13,727 nucleotides of DNA, from the NCBI RefSeq assembly GCF_006345805.1, contig NW_021826076.1, positions 1 to 13,727 on the forward strand, in the 5' to 3' direction. The stretch is from Octopus sinensis (taxonomy: Eukaryota). Under the pieces are notes generated by a model. It searched no databases and was not told the DNA's origin. It saw only the letters and a list, made by a program, of their open reading frames with translations. The position numbers and the translations under genes are program-made. Positions 1 to 8,744 of this stretch are shown here, piece by piece (the first letter of the stretch is position 1; each line of letters begins with the position of its first letter).

Positions 1-166
1 TAATCCTTATAAATAAAAGGCTGGTAACGACTGGTACAAACGGACAGAATCTGAAAAAAATTCACTCGTAAAAAATTGAAAAATGAGAAGTCTTTACAAC
101 AGACACCACTGACGAGAAATGCACAATATAAACGTCGAATAATTATGAAGACAGTCACAAAATATA

Positions 167-198
167 TGTGTGTGCGTGCGCATGTGTGTACATGTGTG

Positions 199-232
<34 letters not shown>

Positions 233-256
233 TGGTGTGTGTGTGTGTGTGTGTGT
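167..256. repeat. (GT)n microsatellite
   Basis: Direct inspection; slightly interrupted. Confidence 0.97.
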
Positions 257-1147
257 ATGACAATGTGCATTTTAAATAGAACCATTCTGTTCCTTCCGGT
301 TGTTGTCAAGCGATTAGTTTCTCACATAACAAATGTCAGGAAATGCACAAACAATCCCCAGTTAATTATTCTAATATAGATAGCTGCCGAACATCGAATG
401 TAAACTAAGAAAAATGATGACAGGTAATATGATAAATTGCACTACCGTGACATTTATTTTCATTTTATATTTGTTGTTTTGTTTGGATATTTTTACTGTG
501 TTTTGTTAGTACTATCGGAAAATACAAAACAAAAATCGGGAAAGGCTTGGTGTGGAAATAAACAATAGACAATGAAAATAATGATACTAGACAAACAACA
601 TATTAGAGTTTTATCAACATGAGGTTTCAAAGTGAATGAAAAAAATATAGAAATAAAAAAAAATAGAAATTAAGAAAAAATATAGAAATGGCAACAGAAG
701 GAGGAAGAAACGGAACACTGCTGTGCCAATCAGTTGTTCCTAGAATATTTTGCAAATTGAGAAAAAATGCCTGAAAAATCTGTGGTGTCACTTCTCATAT
801 TTGATTGGAACTATGTAATGAAGAAAATACGTCTAAGAGATAATAAAAATAAATGAGAATTCTAATTAATTCCCGTGTTTAGAACATGGTTCTCAACAAA
901 CGGATGCCTTTCTGGTTGACAAACTCGAAGTGTGTGCCACTGAGGGAGGTTGTATGCAGTCAATAAAACTATTGTAAATGGTACTGGAATCTACTGTAAA
1001 AATTACACATCGGTTTCATAGAAACCGGACATGAGGATACAGCCAATGGACACAAAGTCTTAACTCAATGTTTCTTTACCATTCTGTCCTCTTCGATTCA
1101 AAAAGAGAAAAAAACATTCGCTTCCGTACTAACGGCTAATGTTGCAA

Positions 1148-1150
1148 TAT

Positions 1151-1184
<34 letters not shown>
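1148..1184. repeat. (TA)n microsatellite
   Basis: Direct inspection. Confidence 0.97.
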
Positions 1185-1188
<4 letters not shown>

Positions 1189-1430
1189 TAATCCAAACAA
1201 GAAAACAAAAAAACACAACAACGCAAGGACGTGGAACAAATAAAGCATTATTTGACGCTCAGGAAAGAAGGGAAGAAGGAGGGTTTAACGTTTCGAGCAG
1301 AGCTCTTCGTCGGAAACATAGGAGAAGGAAAGATCTTGAGAGGGGAAGACAGAGGAAAAAGATCGCCGGTGGTACTCACGAGGTCACATACTGAAAGACG
1401 GAAGTAGTAAGGTAGAAGAATAATAATGTT
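1185..1430 (-). mobile_element. Penelope-like element (PLE) terminal fragment / hammerhead-containing repeat
   Basis: Contains a minimal hammerhead-like motif (1283-1317). Pyrimidine-rich on -, and its 3' end runs into (TA)n at 1184. The right boundary is approximate. PLE terminal repeats are known to carry minimal type I hammerheads. Confidence 0.6.
1283..1317 (-). ncRNA. Minimal type I hammerhead ribozyme-like motif with U4>C core substitution
   Basis: Minus strand reads GTTT-CCGACGA-A-GAGC-TCT-GCTC-GAAA-CG-TT-AAAC: stem I GTTT/AAAC, stem II GAGC/GCTC, palindromic ACGT stem III, GUU cleavage triplet. The core is CCGANGA rather than CUGANGA. Confidence 0.68.
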
Positions 1431-1565
1431 TTTTAAAGACAGGAGAGTTTATCAAAGACAGTATGGTAAAGAAAGTGAGAGGCGGAATGTGTGTGGGTGT
1501 GTGGGCGCGGGGAGGTCAGCGTGTGCGCGTGTGTGTGTATGTGTGCAATGATGACATATAATACA

Positions 1566-1574
1566 ACACACACC

Positions 1575-1623
<49 letters not shown>

Positions 1624-1643
1624 ATATATATATATATATATAT
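1566..1643. repeat. (CA)n-(TA)n compound microsatellite
   Basis: Direct inspection. Confidence 0.95.
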
Positions 1644-1923
1644 CACGTGATCGCCAGACCATCAGATGTTGTTACACACATCGCTGGTCACAATACGTTC
1701 GCATTGTTTTAGCCTTTGAATGACGCCACTCCGCTGGCTAAGCGGGCAGGCCAACAGAAGAAAGAGTGGGAGACATAGTGGTGAAAGAGTACAGCAGGGA
1801 TCAGTACCTCCTGCCGGAGTCTCGTGGAGCTTCTAAGTGTTTTCGCTCAATAAACACTCAACTCCCGGTTCTAGGAATCGAAACCGCGATCCTACGACCT
1901 AACCACTGGGCCATTGCCTCCAC
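1643..1923 (-). mobile_element. tRNA-derived SINE, copy 1 (tail type A)
   Basis: Minus-strand Pol III A box TGGCCCAGTGG (1903-1913) and B-box-like GGTTTCGATTCC (1874-1885). About 1752-1923 aligns by eye with 2417-2590 and 8852-9046. The distinct tail (1643-1751) ends in (TA)n. Confidence 0.85.
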
Positions 1924-2173
1924 ACACACACACACACACCACACACACACAACACATATATATATATAGATATATATATATATATGTATGTATGTATATA
2001 TATAGTATATATATATTATATATTATATTAATATATATATGTATATATATATTAAATATATATGTATATATCTATATATACATATATAAATATATAATAT
2101 ATTATATAATTATAGATCCATATATATATATATACATTAATATATATATTATATAAGTGTATGTATATAAATA

Positions 2174-2219
<46 letters not shown>

Positions 2220-2232
2220 TGTATGTATATAT
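1921..2232. repeat. (CA)n then long degenerate (TA)n tract
   Basis: Direct inspection; separates SINE copies 1 and 2. Confidence 0.96.
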
Positions 2233-2590
2233 GGATGGGAGCACTCCGTCGGTTACGACGATAAGGGTTCCGGTTGATCCGATCAACGGAACAGCCTGCT
2301 CGTGAAATAAGTGTAAGGGCTGAACACTCCACAGACACGTGTACCCTTAACGTAGTTCTCGGGGATATTCAGCGTGACACAGAAAGTGACAAGGCCGGCC
2401 TTTTGAAATACAGGTACAACAGAAACAGGAAGTAAGAGTGAGAGAAAGTTGTGTGAAGAGTACAGCAGGGATCACCACCATCCCTGGCGGAGCCTCGTGG
2501 AGCTTTAGGGTTTTTCGCTCAATAACACTCACAACGCCCGGTCTGGGAATCGAAACCGCGATCCTACGACCACTGGGCCATTGCGCCTCC
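2233..2590 (-). mobile_element. tRNA-derived SINE, copy 2 (tail type B)
   Basis: Same head and core as copies 1 and 3 (B box 2546-2557), with a different ~185 bp tail (2233-2416). Bordered on both sides by (TA)n. Confidence 0.85.
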
Positions 2591-2613
2591 TATATATATA
2601 TATATATATATAG

Positions 2614-2647
<34 letters not shown>

Positions 2648-2660
2648 TATTTATATATGT
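2591..2660. repeat. (TA)n microsatellite
   Basis: Direct inspection; lies between SINE copy 2 and the LINE. Confidence 0.96.
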
Positions 2661-4190
2661 ATACTTCTAAAAGTATGTAAGAGGGTCCTAGCAAGGCCAC
2701 TGCGGTCTCTCTTTCAGAGCTTCTTTGCAGCTGGCAAACTTCCAAGAAAATTGAAGGAAGGTAAAAGATGCCCTATTCATAAAGGATGTAGCAGAGCGGA
2801 GGCCAAGAACTACAGACCTATCTCTGTAACCTCACACATCAGCAAGGTCATGGAACGAATAGTCAGAAGGAAACTAATCACCTTCCTTGAAGAAAATGAC
2901 TTGCTGCCTGACACCCAACATGGTTTCCGACCAGGAAGAAGCTGCTTAACTCAGTTCCTACAGCACTATGACTGGGTGCTTAAACAACTGCTCAACCACT
3001 CAAATGTGGAAGTCATATATCTCGACTTTGCAAAGGCCTTTGATAAAGTCGATCATGGAATGATATGTCACAAACCGCGTGATCTTGGCATAGTTGGAAA
3101 ATTGGGAGAATGGTTTCATGACTTTCTGAAGAATAGAAGTCAGGTGGTAGCAGCCAATGGGGCCACTTCCATTAACACGCAAATAGTGAGCGGTGTTCCG
3201 CAGGGCACTGTTTTAGGACCACTACTGTTCATAATGGCCCTCTCAGACATGCCCTCAGTTACGCAGAGAGCCACGATCACAAGTTATGCAGATGATACAA
3301 AGTTTCACAGGCAATACAGACCCTGAAGACACTAAGCACCTGCATGTGAGCTGGACGAAATATACAAGTGGGCTGAAAAGAATAGCATGCATTCAATGCT
3401 GAAAAGTTTTCAAGCTTTATACTATCAGCATGCAAACTCAATGCAATACCCAATTAATACACTGGGACCGGAGGGATTGCCAATCCCAGAGGCACAATCA
3501 GTGCGTGACCTGGGTATTCACATGAGTGATGACACGACCTTTCATGTACATATTGCTAAACTGGCAATGAAATGTAGACGGCTGGGCTGGCTGGATTCTT
3601 AGAACCTTTAGAACAAGAGAACAAGAACCCATGATGGTCCTCTGGAAGAGACTTGTCCTAAGCCACTTTGACTATTGCTCTCAGCTATGGTCACCATCCA
3701 GTGTCAAGTTGATCACAGAACTTGAGGCGATCCAACCAAGCTACACGAAAGAAGATAGCCTCTGTGCAGCATATGAGCTACTGGGAAAGACTCAAGAGAT
3801 TAAAGCTCTATTCCCTGGAGCGTAGACGAAAAAGATATGCCATAATATATATCTGGAAGATCCTGGAAGGACTTGTCCCAGACTTTGGCATCGAGAGTCA
3901 ACAAATGCCAGAACCGTGCGCCACTGCGTAGTACCAAGGACTCCAAATTTGCCATCAGATGTAGGACAAGATACTGTGATAGCCTGGGCTTCAGCGGCCC
4001 CAGCTCTACAATATCCTCCCGAAGAACCTGAGGGACCTGCATGGTGTAGATGCGGAGTCTTTAAAGTAGGACTGGATCTCTTCCTGTCAGGTGTCCCGGA
4101 TGAACCACTTCACGGCAGGAGGTGCAGATGAGGGCAGCTGCATCGAACTCTCTCATGCATCAGATGGCGTTTGCTAAAAAGCATCCGTGA
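2661..4190 (+). pseudogene. LINE ORF2 reverse transcriptase and C-terminal region, frameshifted
   Basis: Non-LTR RT motifs: NYRPISVTS, QHGFRPGRSC, YLDFAKAFDKVDH, SGVPQGTVLGPLLF, YADD (ORF 2751-3326). The protein continues across frameshifts as VRDLGIHM, DYCSQLWSP, SYWERLKRLKLYSLERRR, LDLFLSGVPDEP and RAAASNSL, stitching ORFs 3387, 3631, 3722 and 3916. Confidence 0.93.
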
Positions 4191-4278
4191 GGTAAAATCG
4201 TGTAGCAAACCAAATGGCGGTGCCCCAGCATGGCCACAGCTCATTAGCTGAAACTGGAAAATCAAAATCAAAATCATC
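2661..4278 (+). mobile_element. 5'-truncated non-LTR retrotransposon (CR1-group LINE) with intact 3' end
   Basis: The RT frame opens at 2661 right after a (TA)n tract (ILLKVCKRVLARPLRSLF...). The stop at 4188-4190 is followed by a short 3' UTR with hairpin CAGCT-CATT-AGCTG (4237-4250) and an (AAAATC)3 tail (4258-4275), then more (TA)n. No endonuclease domain or ORF1 is present. Confidence 0.93.
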
Positions 4279-4300
4279 ATATATAATATATATCTATATG

Positions 4301-4340
<40 letters not shown>

Positions 4341-4581
4341 ATATATTATATATTTATATATATATTTGTATATATATGTATATATATGTTATATATATAT
4401 GTATATAATATATCTATGTATTATATATATTATTATGCATCTATATATGTATATATACATGTATATATTGTATATATATATATTATTATTATTATATTAT
4501 ATTATATTATATTAATAGTATGATAGTATAGTATATTATATTATATTATATTATAGTATAGTATATTATATTATAGTATAT
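4279..4581. repeat. Degenerate (TA)n grading into (ATTAT)n/(ATAGT)n pentamers
   Basis: Direct inspection. Confidence 0.95.
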
Positions 4582-4886
4582 GGTGTTGCTTCAACAAGTG
4601 GAAAACAACCCAAACAGCGAAGAGTATAACGATAAAAATAGAAATATAAGTACAAATCACAAATTTTGTAAATACAGCTACCTAGGGTTTCCTTATAGTG
4701 ATACTAATTTATTCTCGGTTCATAAACGCGAGATTGTCTCCTTATCAGCTCGCAGCGCCACTGTCCGATATTTCTTTGACTGAAGAGGAGGGAACTACTC
4801 CGAAACGTTTACAACTCACAGTCTGGATAGGTGGCGCCGCGGCTTGATTTGGGTTTTTATGTACACTAGACTTAAAAAGTAACATT
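4582..4886 (+). mobile_element. Putative ~300 bp non-autonomous hammerhead-bearing element (PLE-derived or retrozyme-like)
   Basis: A complex-sequence island between (ATTAT/ATAGT)n and (TATG)n tracts, containing the hammerhead motif. Boundaries are inferred only from the microsatellites. Confidence 0.4.
4776..4814 (+). ncRNA. Hammerhead ribozyme-like motif with intact catalytic core
   Basis: CTGAAGA (4780-4786), stem II GGAG/CTCC (4787-4790 / 4798-4801) with a 7-nt loop, GAAA (4802-4805), CGTT. The proximal stem I is weak: TTGA pairs with T(A)CAA only with a bulge. Confidence 0.62.
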
Positions 4887-4980
4887 TATGTATGTATGTA
4901 TGTATGTATGTATGTATGTATGTATGTATGTATGTATATATGTATGTATTTATTTGTGCTTGTATGTATGCGTGTATGTA
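4887..4980. repeat. (TATG)n microsatellite, degenerating rightwards
   Basis: Direct inspection. Confidence 0.95.
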
Positions 4981-5534
4981 GAATGGAAGGTTTTGGTGGG
5001 GGACACGTGTATTGTAAATGTGAGTGCATGTTTTAGTGTAAGGTATACTTTTGCATATATTTCTCACCTGTGTAAAAATATCTATGAATGAATGCTTGAG
5101 TCTACTTAAGCATTTTCGTCGCTAGTATACAACTTCAGCTTCGCTCAGAAATATGTCTACACGTAATATTGCAAAAGAATTGCTGTACTTATCGACTGTA
5201 ACATACTACTTTCAAACCATATTTTTTTCTGTATCTTTAGTTAATTAAATAATACAAATGCGATATTATTTACCTGCCGAACAGTAAAAATTGTACGCGA
5301 GAAATATTAAGCCATATTATTATTATGAGGGATACAACTGAGCAGAAGTCTAAATCGTGGTGTGTGGATGATATTAAAAATACGGTAACTAGATAAATAA
5401 ATTCCTAAGGAAACTAATATATTTTGTCCAAATCTTCTACTCGCTTACCAGAAAATACGTGTAAATATTGCAACAACATCTGAGTTCAATCAAGATAACA
5501 ATATGCTTGGGTCTCCTATAGCTTCTGCTACTTC

Positions 5535-5553
5535 TGTTGTTGTTGTTGTTGTT
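5535..5553. repeat. (GTT)n microsatellite
   Basis: Direct inspection. Confidence 0.9.
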
Positions 5554-5903
5554 ATTGACGCTGCTGTTCTTCTTTATGGTGGGTTTGAGTAGAATACAGA
5601 ATAACTACAATGACACATGCTTCACGTATTCTATGGCCATCTTTTCCTAATTACAAAAAGTACACAAATATTAAAGATAAGATAAAAATACGCTAAATAA
5701 AACAGAGTAAATCAAATAAATAAATAAATAAAGGAATAAGTAATTTTTTGCGGACTATTATTTGTCTATATAATAATGGCCCCTTATTCATCGTCACATA
5801 TGGAATGATTTTTCAAGTTTTGTAAAGCCAAATAGTTTTTTGATAGAAAGAAATACATATGCATAAGAAGACAAGTACGTAAATATAAGCACCAGCACAT
5901 GGA

Positions 5904-5950
5904 CACACACACCACACACACATACACACACACACTAATACACGCTCACA
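5904..5950. repeat. Imperfect (CA)n microsatellite
   Basis: Direct inspection. Confidence 0.9.
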
Positions 5951-6299
5951 ATAGGAAATTAATTATACATAGACATTTTTTTCTCATAGTTTAGATTATA
6001 TCATAGACTAATGGGAGAAAGACTTCATAGTGAAGATAATTTACTTTCAAATACATTCTTTATCTAAGAGCTCGAAAAGAGAAAACTACAGAAGCAGTAG
6101 GCTTCTTTCGAAAAATGTTGGTATGTGCCTGTGTTATTCTGCCATGTTTATTTGTGTAGACAGCAAAAATAAAAACCGTCAGTGATGCTAGGAATCTTTT
6201 AAAACGATTTATAGATTCTTTTAGGAGATATAACTTTAGTTTTACAAACACCTATAGGGAACACACTCATGCAAAGATTTAAAATGCAGGTCCACCCCT

Positions 6300-6376
6300 C
6301 ACACACACACACGCACATGCACGCACACACACGCACACACACTCACATACACACGCGCACACACACACACACACAT
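6300..6376. repeat. (CA)n/(CACG)n microsatellite
   Basis: Direct inspection. Confidence 0.95.
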
Positions 6377-6728
6377 ATATGCACAGAAATATAAATATGA
6401 TAATAGAATGATTGTATTTGATTTCTTAGTGTTGAATATTTTGCATAAAGTTGAGGTTTTCCCCTAAGGACCGCATTCAGACCCGCCCCCAAACCTTCTT
6501 AATCAATTTTTTTTTTATTTTTGCTCCCTTCTTCTTTTCTCTTCTGATGATACGGTCGAAGGAATAGCATCATATATGCTTTCTCCAACGGACAGCAAGC
6601 GTCACAAAAAGTTATTCACTGTTTTTTGAGATAACAAGTGTGTCATGCTCCATGTTATTCTGAAAAGATGTTCTGTCTTGGACAGTTTTGAGAACAAACG
6701 TTTGATGACACAGGAGAGATAATGTTCG

Positions 6729-7300
6729 TTTCTACTCTAGGCACAAGGCCTCAAATTTAGGGGGAGGAGGAGGCCAGTCGATTAGATCGACCCAGTGCGT
6801 AACTGGTACTGAATTTATCGACCCCAAAGGATGAAAGGCAAAGTCGACTTCGGCGGAATTTGAACTCAGAACGTAACAGCAGACGAAATACCTATTTCTT
6901 TATTACCCAAAAGGGGTTACACACAGAGAGGACAAACAAGGACAGACAAACGAATTAAGTCGATTATATCGACCCCAGTGTGTAACTGGTACTTAATTTA
7001 TCGACCCCGAAAGGATGAAAGGCAAAGTCGACCTCGGCGGAATTTGAACTCAGAACGTAGCGACAGACGAAAAGTCTAATTTTTTATTAGCCACATAGGG
7101 GCTAAACATAGAGGGGACAAACAAGGACAGACATAGGTATTAAGCCGATTACATCGACCCTAGTGCGTAACTGGCACTTAATTTATCGGATGAAAGGTAA
7201 AGTCGACCTCGGCGGTACTTGAACTCACGACGTAACTGCAGACGAAATACCGCTAAGCATTTCGCCCGACGTGCTAACTTTCCTGCCAGCTCGCCGCCTT
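6729..7300 (-). mobile_element. Trimeric tRNA-derived SINE with Meta-domain-like core
   Basis: The minus-strand head GGCGGCGAGCTGGCAG starts at 7298. Three repeats carry B box GAGTTCAA(A/G)T and core GCCTTTCATCCTTTCGGGGTCGATAAATTAAGTACCAG, which resembles the MetaSINE domain from memory. Units recur at 6777, 6959 and 7144. Confidence 0.82.
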
Positions 7301-7507
7301 TTTTTCAAGTTAGTCTTTGAAGCTAGGTCTAAACCTGACATATGAGTCATTTTATTTTGAGTCAATGATGGTCGTCTGAAAGTAAAACAGCAACTGATCC
7401 GTTATGATATATTTAAGCGAAAATTCAGAATGGAACGAGGTAGAATTTGAACTAAGACAGAACACATGTTGCTCCTCCGACTCCTTAAACCAACCACTCC
7501 TTTTCCT

Positions 7508-7558
7508 CCTCTCTCTCTCTTTCTCTCTCTGTCCCCCCTCTCTCTCTGTCTGTCTGTC

Positions 7559-7629
<71 letters not shown>
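7508..7629. repeat. (CT)n-(TA)n compound microsatellite
   Basis: Direct inspection. Confidence 0.96.
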
Positions 7630-7631
<2 letters not shown>

Positions 7632-7833
7632 TTTTATTCTTTTACGCCTTTCAGCCATTTGACTGCGGTCCTGCTGGAGCACCGCCTTTAGTCGAACGCA
7701 TCAACCCCAGGACTTATTCTTTTGTAAGGCAAGTACTTATTCTATCGGTATCTTTTGCCGAACGCTAATTTTCGGGGACGTAAACATACCAACAATGGTT
7801 GTCGAGCGATGGTGGGGGGACAAACACACACAC
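7630..7833 (-). mobile_element. SINE 3' half carrying a CR1-LINE-type tail; head missing
   Basis: The minus strand of 7630-7689 (AAAGGCGGTGCTCCAGCAGGACCGCAGTCAAATGGCTGAAAGGCGTAAAAGAATAAAAGA) matches the LINE 3' UTR at 4212-4275. Bordered by (TA)n and (CA)n/(TA)n. No A or B box is attached. Confidence 0.75.
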
Positions 7834-7873
<40 letters not shown>

Positions 7874-7917
7874 TATATTATACCCCACACACACACACAT
7901 TCATACATATATATATA
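7834..7917. repeat. (TA)n/(CA)n compound microsatellite
   Basis: Direct inspection. Confidence 0.93.
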
Positions 7918-8000
7918 GTGGAGAATTCACAAAAGACAAAGACAGGGGGTGTAGACAACAACAGATGTATTAGTTTAACGCTCGAGAAGCAAAATTCTTT
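7918..8000 (-). mobile_element. Short fragment related to the 1185-1430 element's 3' end, truncated before the hammerhead
   Basis: GTATTAGTTTAACGCTCGAGAAG resembles GCATTA-TTTGACGCTCAGGAAAG (about 1245-1267). It has the same A/C-rich lead-in directly after a (TA)n tract. Confidence 0.45.
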
Positions 8001-8001
8001 A

Positions 8002-8121
8002 ATACATACATACATCATTCATATATATATAAAATATATTTATATACATTATATATATATATTATATTATATATATACATATTATATATATATATATTTA
8101 TATATCTATACATACATATAT
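8002..8121. repeat. Degenerate (TACA)n/(TA)n tract
   Basis: Direct inspection. Confidence 0.93.
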
Positions 8122-8295
8122 GGATATTGGAGAAAAGTGGCAGGTTTGAACTCAGCGTGGGAAGACTGTTAACAAGAAGCCGTAACCTACTTTGCCGTTC
8201 TACTGATCTGTTAAATTATCCATGTCTTTTAGTTACACATAAAAAATACTTCTAATAATTTGCTCCACGTCACAATTTCGAAGAGAGAGTAAGAT

Positions 8296-8480
8296 AGGTT
8301 AAACTGACCCAAGTAAATTTTTTATCGAAACAGAAACAGCAAAATTCAGCTAGGTCTGTTCGAACTCAGAGCTAAAGAATCTTTACTAAATACCGCTTTA
8401 ACAATTCCGTCAAACTATTACTGTGTTTTATTAACTATAATATTTATTTCTAATATAGAAAGAAGGCCCCATATTTTGAG
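8296..8480 (-). mobile_element. Highly degraded relic(s) of the Meta-like SINE
   Basis: Ordered remnants GACCC..TTTATCGA..GCAAA..TTCGAACTCAGA..AAATACCGC, plus tail-like TTTCTAATATAG..AAGGCC at about 8446-8480, matching motifs in 6729-7300. Confidence 0.45.
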
Positions 8481-8744
8481 GCCTGCTTTAACAATTCTTT
8501 AACAATTCTTTAAATCTAACGGCCTATTACATGTTCCTGTAATAATGGTACGTCAAGTATGATTTTATTTCTAAATTGTCTGCGCAGCGATACTATACCT
8601 GTTGATTGTTGCTCTTGTTGCTGTTGAACTCCGTTCCAACTTATGGTAGATTTAATTTCCTTCCACACCATTCGAATGATTTTAGTTTTCGTTTTATGAA
8701 GGTTCAAGTTCTCCTTATGTACGATTTTTATTTTAAATTACTCC

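Noticed and set aside
76-379. ORFs rich in CV/HT dipeptides
   Set aside because: Translations of the (GT)n microsatellite.
639-689. Three copies of an AAAAAA(T)ATAGAAAT-like unit
   Set aside because: Low-complexity slippage duplication with no evidence of function.
1766-2641. Similar peptides LGIETAILRP in ORFs 1766 and 2438, suggesting paralogous genes
   Set aside because: They are antisense readings of the SINE B-box region and run into microsatellites.
3323-3360. CTGAAGA...GAAA hammerhead-like spacing inside the LINE
   Set aside because: No stem II closes adjacent to both boxes, and the sequence is explained by RT codons.
4580-4783. 67-aa ORF ending inside the hammerhead core
   Set aside because: The ATG arises at the microsatellite edge and there is no recognisable domain (no GIY-YIG or RT motif).
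6544-6561. CTGATGA-TACGGTC-GAAG hammerhead-like motif
   Set aside because: No stem II pairing, and GAAG in place of GAAA.
6777-7250. Regularly spaced palindromic repeats suggesting a CRISPR array
   Set aside because: The period is about 185 bp, the intervening sequences are homologous rather than unique spacers, there are no cas genes, and the context is eukaryotic SINE.
8486-8512. CTTTAACAATT tandem duplication, echoed near 8396
   Set aside because: A short local duplication within degraded SINE remnants.
8516-8707. Minus-strand ORF with a Q-rich patch and a possible CAG|GTATAG donor
   Set aside because: No convincing acceptor or recognisable homology, and the Q run comes from a short CAA/CAG-rich tract.
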